A DNA stretch of 64,000 nucleotides, taken from Nanobdellota archaeon (GTDB lineage: Archaea; EX4484-52; LFW-46). Positions 37,384 to 46,799 of the stretch are shown here, piece by piece (the stretch's first letter is position 1; every line of letters begins with the position of its first letter). Below the pieces are notes generated by a model, which saw only the letters and a program-made list of their open reading frames with translations, had not been told where the DNA came from and did not search any database. A program made the position numbers and the translations under genes. The stretch is from positions 20,157-84,156 of the forward strand of contig JAHILE010000040.1 in NCBI GenBank assembly GCA_018897155.1, in the 5' to 3' direction.

Positions 37384-37536
37384 TTGAATTCGAAGTAAAG
37401 GGCTTTCAGATATTTTCAAGACGCTAGTATTCGTAATACTTGCACTGATAGTCTTTGTTATTGTTTTATATCTGAGCGGAAATCTTGGAAATATGATGAG
37501 TGATGGATCAAAAAGTTTAATAGAGGGGCTGCCCGG

Positions 37537-37743
37537 ATGAAAAAGCATTTAATAAAAGGAAGTATTGATTGGGGAATGATTATAAAAATAATACTTGCAT
37601 TGATTGTATTCGTGGTTTTTTTCACAATCATGACACAAACCCAAACAGGATCCAAGGATAGCGCGTGTGGTGGTTTGCTGGAATCCTTTAAAGCATACGT
37701 TTATGAGCCGCTGGGAATACCTCCCCCGACAAAATTGTGTTAA
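37537..37743 (+). CDS. small pilin-like Cys-containing protein
   Basis: 'MKKHLIKG|SIDWGMIIKIILALIVFVVFF'; tail 'CGGLLESF...PPPTKLC'. Confidence 0.45.
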   Translation: MKKHLIKGSIDWGMIIKIILALIVFVVFFTIMTQTQTGSKDSACGGLLESFKAYVYEPLGIPPPTKLC

Positions 37744-37783
37744 TACTTGAAGTCTATAAAAATCTTCTTCAACAATTATTCGC

Positions 37784-40036
37784 ATGCCTGAAAATAATAA
37801 AGAAATCACACTGCGCGTCGCAGAACTGCCGTCAAGCCAGCAGTCAGATATCGGGATAGGTATTGCAAGAATGGACTTGCGCAGGATGGCTGAACTCGGC
37901 GTAAGAGAAGGTGAAGTCATAGAAATTGAAGGCTCTCGCAAAACAGGCGCCATTGCTTACAGGCCATATCCTTCTGATTCTGGCCTTGACATAATCCGTA
38001 TGGACCCTTACCTTCGAAAAAACGCAGGGACTTCAGCTGGAGAAAAAGTGACGGTAAAAAAAGGAGAGTACAAAGAAGCAAAAAAAGCAGTCATCTGTCC
38101 TGCGGAAAATGTTTCTCTTGTTCCTGTGCCTCAATTAAATGACCGCGTCAAGCTCCGCTTAATCGGGCGCGTCCTTACAAGGGGGGATATTATTTCTTTA
38201 GTCACGCGAAAAATGCAGCTGCCCGGCTCAACCGCAGAAGTTGCAGTTGACATTCCGCTTCCTTTTGAAACAAAATTTGTGATTGCGAATACAGAGCCCA
38301 AAGGAGGTATTGTAAAAATAACCGAAATTACAGAAATCGAAGTACTTTCAAAAGCAGTTGAAGTAAAGGATGAAGCAGAAGTGCCTTCAACAAGCTATGA
38401 AGATGTCGGAGGATTAAAAGAGGAGCTGAAAAAAGTCAGGGAAATGATAGAGCATCCGCTCAAGCATCCGGAAATATTTGAGCGCGTCGGCGTAAGCCCT
38501 CCAAAAGGCATACTCCTGTACGGCCCACCCGGAACCGGAAAAACGTTGCTTGCGCGCGCAATCGCAAGCGAATGCGGCGTAAATTTCATATCTCTTGTAG
38601 GCTCTGAACTTGTGGAAAAATTTCTCGGCGATACTGAAAAAAAGATACGCGACCTGTTCGATCAGGCTGCAGAAAAGGCACCAACAATAATATTTGTTGA
38701 TGAAATCGATGCAATAGCGCCAAAGCGCGGCGAAGTCAACAACTACGACCGCTTCGTCACTCAGCTTCTTGCATGCATGGACGGCATGGAAGACCGCGGA
38801 CAGGTTGTAGTAATTGCCGCAACAAATCAGATATCTGCCATAGATCCTGCCCTGCGAAGGCCCGGGCGTTTTGACCGCGAAATAGAAATCGGAGTCCCTA
38901 ACAAAGACGGCAGAAAAGAAATTCTGCAGATCCATACAAGAAATATGCCGCTTGCAAAAAATGTTGATGTTGAAAAAATAGCAAATATAACCCATGGTTA
39001 TGTTGGGGCTGATTTATCTGCGCTTGTCAGGGAGGCTGCCATGGCCGCGCTTAGAAAAAAGGTTTTCCCGAAAATAGATGCAAGCCAAAAAGAAATAGAT
39101 ATGAAAGTTCTTGACGCGCTGGATGTTGACATGGCTGATTTTGAAGACGCTTTAAAAATTGTAGAGCCAAGCGCAATGCGCGAGGTGTCTATAGACATTC
39201 CAAACGTTTCTTGGAATGATGTGGGCGGCCTTGACAAAATCAAGCAATATTTGAATGAAATGGTGGAGTGGCCGCTGAAGCATCCGGAAGCATTTACAAA
39301 AATGGGAATAACACCTCCAAAAGGCATACTTCTTTACGGACTGCCCGGAACCGGAAAAACATTAATTGCAAAGGCCGTTGCGCATGAAGGCGGCCTAAAT
39401 TTCATATCTGTCAAAGGCCCGGAGTTGCACTCGAAATGGGTAAATGAATCAGAAAAACATATACGAGATCTTTTCAAACGTGCAAAGCAGGTGGCCCCAG
39501 TCATTATTTTCTTTGATGAAATCGACGCCCTCGCCCCAAGAAGAGATGCGCATGGAAATGAAATGTTTAACAAGCCGGTTGCACAGCTCTTGACAGAACT
39601 TGATGGTCTTGAGGGATTAAAAGGTGTCATAGTTATTGGTGCAACAAACCGGCCGGACATGCTTGATCCTGCACTTTTGCGCCCGGGAAGATTTGACAGG
39701 CATGTCGAAGTGCCTCTTCCTGACAAAGCTTCAAGAAAGAAAATATTTGAAGTCCATCTTAAAGGCGTACCTATTGACAAATCTGTTAAGACAGATGCAC
39801 TTGTTGCAAAAACAGACGGTTTTGTCGGTGCAGACATCGAAGCCCTTTGTAGGGAAGCCGCAATTGTCGCCCTTCGCGAGGACATAAACGCAAAAGCAGT
39901 TACTGAAAAGCACTTTAAAGAAGCTCTATCTGTTATGAAACCATCAACTACAAAAGAAGATGCTGAAAAGTTCAAAAAACGCGTTGAAAAAACATCAAAG
40001 ATAAAAGCTCCAGAAGACATAGCATACTTAGGGTAG
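37784..40036 (+). CDS. cdc48: CDC48/VCP-like AAA+ ATPase (two AAA domains)
   Basis: An N-terminal double-psi barrel region is followed by Walker A 'GPPGTGKT' twice and Walker B 'IIFVDEID'/'IIFFDEID'. Confidence 0.9.
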   Translation: MPENNKEITLRVAELPSSQQSDIGIGIARMDLRRMAELGVREGEVIEIEGSRKTGAIAYRPYPSDSGLDIIRMDPYLRKNAGTSAGEKVTVKKGEYKEAKKAVICPAENVSLVPVPQLNDRVKLRLIGRVLTRGDIISLVTRKMQLPGSTAEVAVDIPLPFETKFVIANTEPKGGIVKITEITEIEVLSKAVEVKDEAEVPSTSYEDVGGLKEELKKVREMIEHPLKHPEIFERVGVSPPKGILLYGPPGTGKTLLARAIASECGVNFISLVGSELVEKFLGDTEKKIRDLFDQAAEKAPTIIFVDEIDAIAPKRGEVNNYDRFVTQLLACMDGMEDRGQVVVIAATNQISAIDPALRRPGRFDREIEIGVPNKDGRKEILQIHTRNMPLAKNVDVEKIANITHGYVGADLSALVREAAMAALRKKVFPKIDASQKEIDMKVLDALDVDMADFEDALKIVEPSAMREVSIDIPNVSWNDVGGLDKIKQYLNEMVEWPLKHPEAFTKMGITPPKGILLYGLPGTGKTLIAKAVAHEGGLNFISVKGPELHSKWVNESEKHIRDLFKRAKQVAPVIIFFDEIDALAPRRDAHGNEMFNKPVAQLLTELDGLEGLKGVIVIGATNRPDMLDPALLRPGRFDRHVEVPLPDKASRKKIFEVHLKGVPIDKSVKTDALVAKTDGFVGADIEALCREAAIVALREDINAKAVTEKHFKEALSVMKPSTTKEDAEKFKKRVEKTSKIKAPEDIAYLG

Positions 40037-40042
40037 TTTCCG

Positions 40043-40471
40043 ATGGAATTAAAAAGCAGCCATATTGCGCTTGCCGGAGTAATTATTCGATTTGGAGATC
40101 AGTTAATTATTACGCCATCGCATTTCTTAGTGGCCGCATCAAAAGACAAATGGCTTGTTTGGTCAAACAACCTTACAGCCAACATATCCACAACCATTAT
40201 TATGGTCGCGCTCTTCGCGATGCTATGTATTAACAATAAGACAAAGATAGCTGGCGCAATACTGAGCATTCTTTTTGGCACCTGGTTCATAACAAGCGGC
40301 CTTGTTGGTGTCGGCCTTAGTGCAGTTCTTTTTTTGCTGGCATATCCGATGCAATTCACATTCACGTTTACGCCAGCAATCCTTTTTATTGTGGCTGGCT
40401 GGCGATATTTGAATAATGAAAACGCAGAAACTACAAAAAAGATTGCGGAATTAAAGTCAAAAATCTTCTAA
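40043..40471 (+). CDS. small membrane protein (4 TM)
   Basis: Hydrophobic segments only; no recognisable motifs. Confidence 0.35.
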   Translation: MELKSSHIALAGVIIRFGDQLIITPSHFLVAASKDKWLVWSNNLTANISTTIIMVALFAMLCINNKTKIAGAILSILFGTWFITSGLVGVGLSAVLFLLAYPMQFTFTFTPAILFIVAGWRYLNNENAETTKKIAELKSKIF

Positions 40472-40504
40472 AAAGCATAAATACTTTGGAGGTTCATAAA
40501 CAGT

Positions 40505-40774
40505 ATGGCAGAATACCCGAACATTACGGAAACGAATTACTTTACAAATCGTGCGCTTGAGAATGAAAGTGGTGAAAAAAACGGCAAAATCATTATGTGG
40601 CGCGTTAAAGGCAAAGAAAAATTTCATTATGCTCTTAAATGCCCGTATTGTGGCGAAACAACAGAACGTGATGAACTTTTTGAAAAAAAACCATATAGGC
40701 CGTGGTGCGACAAATGCGGTAAGAAAGTAATGGTTGAGAAGATTAAGGCAAAAAAGGAGAAACATAAAAAATAA
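40505..40774 (+). CDS. small zinc-ribbon protein
   Basis: 'CPYCG...17 aa...CDKCG' (CxxC...CxxC) with a Lys-rich tail. Confidence 0.45.
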   Translation: MAEYPNITETNYFTNRALENESGEKNGKIIMWRVKGKEKFHYALKCPYCGETTERDELFEKKPYRPWCDKCGKKVMVEKIKAKKEKHKK

Positions 40775-40923
40775 TATTTGGCTATTAAAGGTTTATTTTT
40801 CAAGCTTTGCTTGAAAATCGTCTCACTACGTTCGAAGCTTTCCATGCTTCGCCTGTAAAAGATAGAAATCGCGAATTGAGCGATTTCTTTATAAATTTTT
40901 TTCAATACTATATTGAGAGTTAG

Positions 40924-41101
40924 GCCTCGGTAGCTCAGCTCGGTGGAGCGCGTGACTTGTACGTTAATACAAACGCGAGACTCGTACGCTCGTGATATGT
41001 CTTCAAAGCAAAGATATCACGCGGTCGAGGGTTCAAAAACAGGATTTTGTTTAAAGTGGATAACATCTCAGCATTTCCTGTGGAACTTCCCTCCCGAGGC
41101 T
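40924..41101 (+). tRNA. tRNA-Thr(UGU) with two introns (anticodon loop and T-loop)
   Basis: GCCTCGG-TA-GCTC AGCTCGGTG GAGC. The anticodon stem is CGTGA/TCACG with loop CTTGTA|intron(~55 nt)|A. The T-stem GAGGG...CCCTC is interrupted after TTCAAAA by ~50 nt. The acceptor 3' strand CCGAGGC is perfectly complementary. Confidence 0.55.
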
Positions 41102-41412
41102 TAAACTATTTTTTAAGCTTTTTTTGTAATTGTAAAGCACATTTGAATAATAAAATTACTTGAAAACCTGAAGAATTTACTTAATTTTTCATTATTTTTT
41201 ATAAAATCGTGGGCAGAATACCCACAAATTTATTTGTGGGATGAATGCCGTGCCTCTTTTCAGTTTTTGTGCGAGAGGCAGAAACAGTAAAAACATTTAA
41301 TAGAGTTTTCTGTTCATTCTGGCTCATTAGAGCAATTGGGACTAAGTATCAAGGGGACAATTTTAATTCGTAGGGGAGGGAGCGACCTGTTTTGTTCTTT
41401 TACAAAAGCAAA

Positions 41413-43593
41413 TTATAGTTTTAAGAATTTCCAGTCCGATAAGTTATTCTCATCATAATTGTATCTTTCATTATCGTTATATCTACAACTCTCATCTTTA
41501 AAGATAATAATCCCGCCAAATAGCTTTTTATTATGCTTTTGATTTTGTGTTTTAATGTATTTGCTTAGTGCTTCTGCTTTTTCTTTAGCGACTTTTGCGG
41601 TTATTCCACTTTTAGTATCAAAAATACCTATTCTTCCATCATCAAGCATAATTACAAAATCAACATAAAATCCTCTTTCCACACCTGCATCGTCTTTATA
41701 TTTTACTGCAAGGTATTTTTTATCTGATTCTCCGTTTTTGAACCACCATTTAACAGAATTTTTTGGATTTTCAAGTAGTTTTATGAAATCTTTTTCTGGC
41801 ACACTTTCGGCAGAAATAAAATAAGGTTTCATAATTGCTTTTTTATGTGGCAATTCTTTGTATTTGCTGTTATAAGTTATTAGTTTGGGAACATTCCAGA
41901 CAAGATGCTCTGTTTCTCTTTGTTCTGGCAATCCTCCAACAATCTTGAGTTTGTATTCCTCTTTTGCTTCATTAATGCAATCAGTAAATAACTGATTATT
42001 TTCTTCTCCTAAAATTATCTTTTGAGCAAAAGTTTCATCTTCGATTTTTATTACTTTTTCAAAAAACTTATAGAGTGCTGTTCTTATTCTTCCTTGTGAA
42101 TCAGCAGGAGCAAAAGGAGTACAGCTTCCTCTTACAAATAAGTCAAATCTATGTTGTAATTCAACAGCACTTAACTTAAATTGCATTTCTCCTTTATGTT
42201 CTACTGTTTGAACTTTATCTAAAACCAATATTTTTCCATCAACCATTATTTTAGTTACGAGAGATTTTGGCTTTAGATTTATTTTCTTTGCAAGTTCGCT
42301 TTTTTGTGCAATTTCTAAGAATAATTTTGTAAATTCTCCAGAAAGTCTTGTCTTTTCTCTTTGTCTTATGAGATAGATTGAATTAAGATCAATATTGCTA
42401 TATAATTCTTCTCTTCTTTTTGCTTCGTAAATTGTGATATAATCTTTAGCGACTTCTTCAGTTATGTTAATGTCAGCAAGATTTGTGAATACATAACCTT
42501 TATTCAATTCTTCAGTTTCATAATGCTTAAACTCTGGCATTCTCATTATTCTGCCTACTGTCTGAATGGTAAAGTCCATACTTTGCATATCTCTGAACAT
42601 TACCAGAATGTATGCTCTTGGACAATCCCAACCTAATGCTATAGCTTGTTTGAAAATAAGAACTTGAACATCGTTATCAGGCATTTCAATATTCTCAAGG
42701 TTGGTTTTTTCTTCTGATAAATAAATCCCTAATTTTCCGTTTTCTGTTGTTATTTTGAATTTATCTCTTAAAATTCCCGTAATCTGTTCTTGCCTGTCAA
42801 TAACTCCTGTCTTTTTATCAGGAAGCTGAATTAAAATTAATGGATTGATATCGGATTTTTCTTTTTCTAATAGTTTAAGCATTTCCTGTCTTTTCTTTAA
42901 AGCACATTCAATAACTAATTCATCAGGAGATTTGTCAGAAACTTTTCCTTTGTCTAATTCTGGATTTATGGCAATTTCTTTCTTTATCATTCCCTCTTTT
43001 CTTACATCTTCAAATTCTACAAGAACATTATAAAAAGAATGAATGTGCGGAGTAGCTGAAACTTCCAAAATTACATCGGGATCAATATCATTTATTAAAT
43101 TTCTTGAAGTTTCTGTTTTAGCAGTAAAGTGACTTTCGTCTATAATTAAAACTATTTTTGTGCCGTCTTCTTTCGTGTTTTCAATAATTTTAGATAAATT
43201 TCTTTCCTGTTCATTTTCTCTAATATAAACATTATCTGTTTTGTTTATGCTTTCCCAATTCAAGAACAAAATTTCATCTGGCTCAATTTTATTACCTACT
43301 AAATCTTCAAAAAATTTACACTCTATCGCTCTTGTCGTAGAATAATATTTATCTAATTTTTCTTTACTTTGTGTATGTAATTGTCTTGGAGCTGTCCAAA
43401 TAAAAGCGATTTGCTTTCCATCGTCTCTTCTATCAACAAGTCTTTTAATAAATTCGGCCACCATTAAAGTTTTACCAGAGCCTGTCGGAGATTTAAAAAC
43501 TAAAGTTTCTCTTGAATCTCGATTTAGTAATTCGTTAATCTGTTCTTTTAGTTTTAAAATTGCTTTCTCTTGATAATCTTTAATTTCAATCAT
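41413..43593 (-). CDS. Type III restriction enzyme Res subunit (SF2 helicase + PD-(D/E)xK nuclease)
   Basis: Walker A 'SPTGSGKT', DEAH-like 'LIIDESH' and a C-terminal 'VDFVIMLDDGRIGIFDTK' nuclease motif. Confidence 0.75.
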   Translation of the reverse strand: MIEIKDYQEKAILKLKEQINELLNRDSRETLVFKSPTGSGKTLMVAEFIKRLVDRRDDGKQIAFIWTAPRQLHTQSKEKLDKYYSTTRAIECKFFEDLVGNKIEPDEILFLNWESINKTDNVYIRENEQERNLSKIIENTKEDGTKIVLIIDESHFTAKTETSRNLINDIDPDVILEVSATPHIHSFYNVLVEFEDVRKEGMIKKEIAINPELDKGKVSDKSPDELVIECALKKRQEMLKLLEKEKSDINPLILIQLPDKKTGVIDRQEQITGILRDKFKITTENGKLGIYLSEEKTNLENIEMPDNDVQVLIFKQAIALGWDCPRAYILVMFRDMQSMDFTIQTVGRIMRMPEFKHYETEELNKGYVFTNLADINITEEVAKDYITIYEAKRREELYSNIDLNSIYLIRQREKTRLSGEFTKLFLEIAQKSELAKKINLKPKSLVTKIMVDGKILVLDKVQTVEHKGEMQFKLSAVELQHRFDLFVRGSCTPFAPADSQGRIRTALYKFFEKVIKIEDETFAQKIILGEENNQLFTDCINEAKEEYKLKIVGGLPEQRETEHLVWNVPKLITYNSKYKELPHKKAIMKPYFISAESVPEKDFIKLLENPKNSVKWWFKNGESDKKYLAVKYKDDAGVERGFYVDFVIMLDDGRIGIFDTKSGITAKVAKEKAEALSKYIKTQNQKHNKKLFGGIIIFKDESCRYNDNERYNYDENNLSDWKFLKL

Positions 43594-45337
43594 TCTTGAA
43601 AACCTTCCTATAAACTTTTAAGATTGTTTCTGGAATAGGACATAAAGTAACTTTGTTTTTAATGGTTTTAAATTCCTTTGTCGGCACAGAATCATCATGC
43701 GAGAATACATATACATGGATTTTTCCGTTTATTTTTTCTGCTTCTTTGACAAATTCATCAATATACTCGTCATCAAATACTATTCCTAAATGCAGTTTAT
43801 CATTTTTGAAAATCTTGAATTTCTTTGTGTCTTTGACTTTTTCAAAAGTATTTTCCTTAATGCAAAGCATTTCTGTGCAGTTATCAACCAGTTTACGCTT
43901 GTTTTTATCTGTTTGCTCTGCTTCAACAAAATCTGTTTTATAATATTTGAGATTACCGCCAAGACCTTCGATTTTTTCGTTAGATGCGTTAGTATATCCT
44001 TTAATTATTTTTTGTATTCTTGGATAACATACATCTGAGCAAATATTGCCTTCATTATTAGTGCATAAAATAAATGATAAATCTTGATTGAGTTCATCGT
44101 TTAGTTCCATTACTGCATGGCCTGTAGTTCCTGAACCTGCCATGAAATCTAAGACAACGCCTTTTTCTGGACAAGAATATTTAATTAGTTCTTTAAGTAA
44201 TTTCTTAGGTTTTGGATAATTAAATAATTGTTTACCAAATATATTTCTAAGCTCCTTTGTCGCAGCTTGATTTAAATCAGATTGCATTATTTTTATTCCA
44301 TTTTCGTCTTCTTCAGAATCAATGGCGACTTTTTTTATAACCGATGCTTCTATCCATGTTGATAAAGGTTTAAAGTTAGATTTTAACTCGTTTGCAAACC
44401 GTTTATATTGTGGTGTTCCGTTCTCTTTTTTTGGAAAGATTACTTTACCTGCTTTAATCTCATTTAACATTCTAACTCTCTCAAAACGCCAAACCCTGCT
44501 TGGATTAGCAGGATAAACCTTTCCTGTTTTAGGGTCGGTTATATCATAATATAAATTAGGTCTTTCATCTTTTGTTTTACCGCAAGTAAGATCTCCTGCT
44601 GTCCAAGGGCCCCTAGGGTCGTTATTAGGATTCTTATAGTTGCTTAAATCTTTCTCTATACCAAAAAGAGAGGCTTTTTCTGATTTTTTATAGCAAAAAA
44701 TATATTCATGGTCAGTTGATACTAAATTTTTTGGATCATTTGCTCCACTTCTTCTTTTCCAAACAAAATTAGCTACAAAATTGGTCTCTCCAAATATATC
44801 CTCACAGAGTAGTTTTAATTGTGCATTTTCATTATCATCAATCGAGATAAAAATAATTCCTGTATCTTTTAGTAGATTTTTAGCAAGAGCTAAACGCTTA
44901 CTCATAAAAGAAAGCCATTTACTATGTCTATATCCATCTTCTTTATCTACAAATTTATCATTATACTTAAAATCCTTATTTCCTGTGTTATACGGTGGAT
45001 CTATATAGATAACATCCACAGAATTTTTATGTGTGAAATTAAGAACAGCAAGTGAATGGTAATTATCTCCTTCAATTAAAAGATTAACTGGCTTGTCTTT
45101 ATCTGAATTTATCTCTTTATCTTTTACTTCTGCTAAAACTGGAAACTTATCTTTACTTTCTGGGCTAAATTCTTCTTTAGTCTTTTCGCCTTCCCAGTTA
45201 ATGAATAAGTCAAAATCTTCTTTAGTTTTCTCTCGTTCCCAAACTAAACCGTAAGTTTTTTGCTTCTTTAAAGCCAAAATTTCTCTTATGAGCTCCTCTT
45301 TTGACCATTCAATGTAATTTCTTTTTCCATTAACCAT
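43586..45337 (-). CDS. Type III restriction-modification Mod subunit (N6-adenine DNA methyltransferase, beta class)
   Basis: Motif IV 'IYIDPPYN' precedes motif I 'LDFMAGSGTTGHA'. The gene overlaps res by 8 nt. Confidence 0.8.
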   Translation of the reverse strand: MVNGKRNYIEWSKEELIREILALKKQKTYGLVWEREKTKEDFDLFINWEGEKTKEEFSPESKDKFPVLAEVKDKEINSDKDKPVNLLIEGDNYHSLAVLNFTHKNSVDVIYIDPPYNTGNKDFKYNDKFVDKEDGYRHSKWLSFMSKRLALAKNLLKDTGIIFISIDDNENAQLKLLCEDIFGETNFVANFVWKRRSGANDPKNLVSTDHEYIFCYKKSEKASLFGIEKDLSNYKNPNNDPRGPWTAGDLTCGKTKDERPNLYYDITDPKTGKVYPANPSRVWRFERVRMLNEIKAGKVIFPKKENGTPQYKRFANELKSNFKPLSTWIEASVIKKVAIDSEEDENGIKIMQSDLNQAATKELRNIFGKQLFNYPKPKKLLKELIKYSCPEKGVVLDFMAGSGTTGHAVMELNDELNQDLSFILCTNNEGNICSDVCYPRIQKIIKGYTNASNEKIEGLGGNLKYYKTDFVEAEQTDKNKRKLVDNCTEMLCIKENTFEKVKDTKKFKIFKNDKLHLGIVFDDEYIDEFVKEAEKINGKIHVYVFSHDDSVPTKEFKTIKNKVTLCPIPETILKVYRKVFKND

Positions 45338-45391
45338 TTATTTGTTCCCCTTTATTCTCAATATAACCTATGATGTTTATTAATGTTTTTC

Positions 45392-46030
45392 TTATTTAAC
45401 CATTGTGTTGCATTCTTCTAATCTTTCACAAAGCAAACTGGCAAAACTCAGATATTTTAATGCCCTGTTTTTATCTTTTTGGATAATATTCTCATGTCCC
45501 TTTGGGTTTCTTATACCCATTATTGCACCTGCATAAAGATGCATAAATCCTTCTTGTTCATCTTTATCTGATTGGGATACAAGTCCATTCATTTTTAGTA
45601 GAGGGCTATTTACACTAAAAGCAGTTAGCATAAGACTTTTACCATCCAAGTCTTTGCGACAAGATTTCTCTTTAACAAGATTATTTATTTTCTTAAAAGC
45701 CTCAAAAATTGCTTGAGCATAATGTTTATCATAAAATAATTTTTTACTGACGGATTCTATTTCAGGATGGATATTTAATAATCTAAAATATTCCACTTCT
45801 GTTTTTTTCCCTTCATAGAAATCCGCATTATTTTTTTGAATCCAACCTTTATCCTCTAAACGTAAGAATTTTTTACAGGATTTAAGTTGCATTAAAATAT
45901 TTGAGCAGGTTATTTGATATTCGTCAAAAAGTTTGTTTTTTACGTCGCTTGGCCTTCTATGTTCTAGAAAGTATCCATTTTTCCATAATTCGCTTATTGC
46001 AGTATTTATTTTCATGTTAATCAGATACAT
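45392..46030 (-). CDS. hypothetical protein in RM island
   Basis: A 212-aa ORF with no catalytic motif recognised. It lies on the same strand immediately upstream of mod. Confidence 0.35.
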   Translation of the reverse strand: MYLINMKINTAISELWKNGYFLEHRRPSDVKNKLFDEYQITCSNILMQLKSCKKFLRLEDKGWIQKNNADFYEGKKTEVEYFRLLNIHPEIESVSKKLFYDKHYAQAIFEAFKKINNLVKEKSCRKDLDGKSLMLTAFSVNSPLLKMNGLVSQSDKDEQEGFMHLYAGAIMGIRNPKGHENIIQKDKNRALKYLSFASLLCERLEECNTMVK

Positions 46031-46394
46031 AAGCCCATTTCTTTAATTTTGTCCCATTATTTAGCGTCTTGGTCTTTTTAAGAGAGCCATTCCTAACAAT
46101 ATTCCTTAGTGGGAGCGTAATGTCTGATGCTTTAAAATGGTAGTCTTTTTCTTTTAACTTATCCAACATTTCTTTTACAGTTCTAGGTTGATTAAAAAAG
46201 TTTCCTAAAGAAAGAATCTTCTCAGTAGTGCTTCCTTTTCTGTACCAGTTAGCTAATTTCTCACTTTTCACTTCTTTGGATTTAGACGCTGGCTCTTTGC
46301 GTTCTAAAAGGGTAATTCTTCTTTCATGGTCATCAAGAATTGCCTTAAACTCTTTTTCTGTTATCATCTTTATCATCTCCGAACATAAACCCAC
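46017..46394 (-). CDS. small winged-helix-like protein, paralog 1
   Basis: Its C-terminal half aligns with ORF 46373..46741 (ILxxGFFNxPxxxxE...KKWxYV). Confidence 0.4.
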   Translation of the reverse strand: MGLCSEMIKMITEKEFKAILDDHERRITLLERKEPASKSKEVKSEKLANWYRKGSTTEKILSLGNFFNQPRTVKEMLDKLKEKDYHFKASDITLPLRNIVRNGSLKKTKTLNNGTKLKKWAYVSD

Positions 46395-46741
46395 TTTTTC
46401 TCTTGTTTAATTCTTCTTAATTCCTTACCTTTTACCAATCCTAGAACTATTGCAGATAAGGTGGTAATTGGGATAAATGTTCCTTGTTCTTCAAGCCCTT
46501 GTTTCAATTCAGCCAGACTTTTTGGCTTGTTAAAAAATCCTTCTGCAAGAATCTTTCTGATAGTATCTGTTATAGTTGGTTTTGAATTAGCCTTAGCTTT
46601 GATAAATTTTTTAAATTCTTTTGCAGGAGTTTCAGGAGTTTTTTCATCTTTATATAGATTCATAACTTTTGAAATCTCTTCTGGAGTACCCTCTATAACA
46701 ATTTTAGTCCCATCTTTTGTTTCAATATTTGCTTTAGTCAT
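46373..46741 (-). CDS. small winged-helix-like protein, paralog 2
   Basis: 'TITDTIRKILAEGFFNKPKSLAELKQGLEE...KKWVYVRR'. Confidence 0.4.
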   Translation of the reverse strand: MTKANIETKDGTKIVIEGTPEEISKVMNLYKDEKTPETPAKEFKKFIKAKANSKPTITDTIRKILAEGFFNKPKSLAELKQGLEEQGTFIPITTLSAIVLGLVKGKELRRIKQEKKWVYVRR

Positions 46742-46799
46742 TTTTAATCGCCCTTAATAACATAATAGTGTAATAATGCAATAGTATTTAAATCTTTCG

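Noticed and set aside
38395-40020. Several long antisense ORFs lie inside the CDC48 gene (38414..38995, 38998..39327, 39334..40020 minus).
   Set aside because: CDC48 on the plus strand has unambiguous AAA+ motifs throughout. The antisense frames are low-complexity and typical of open shadow frames opposite a long gene.
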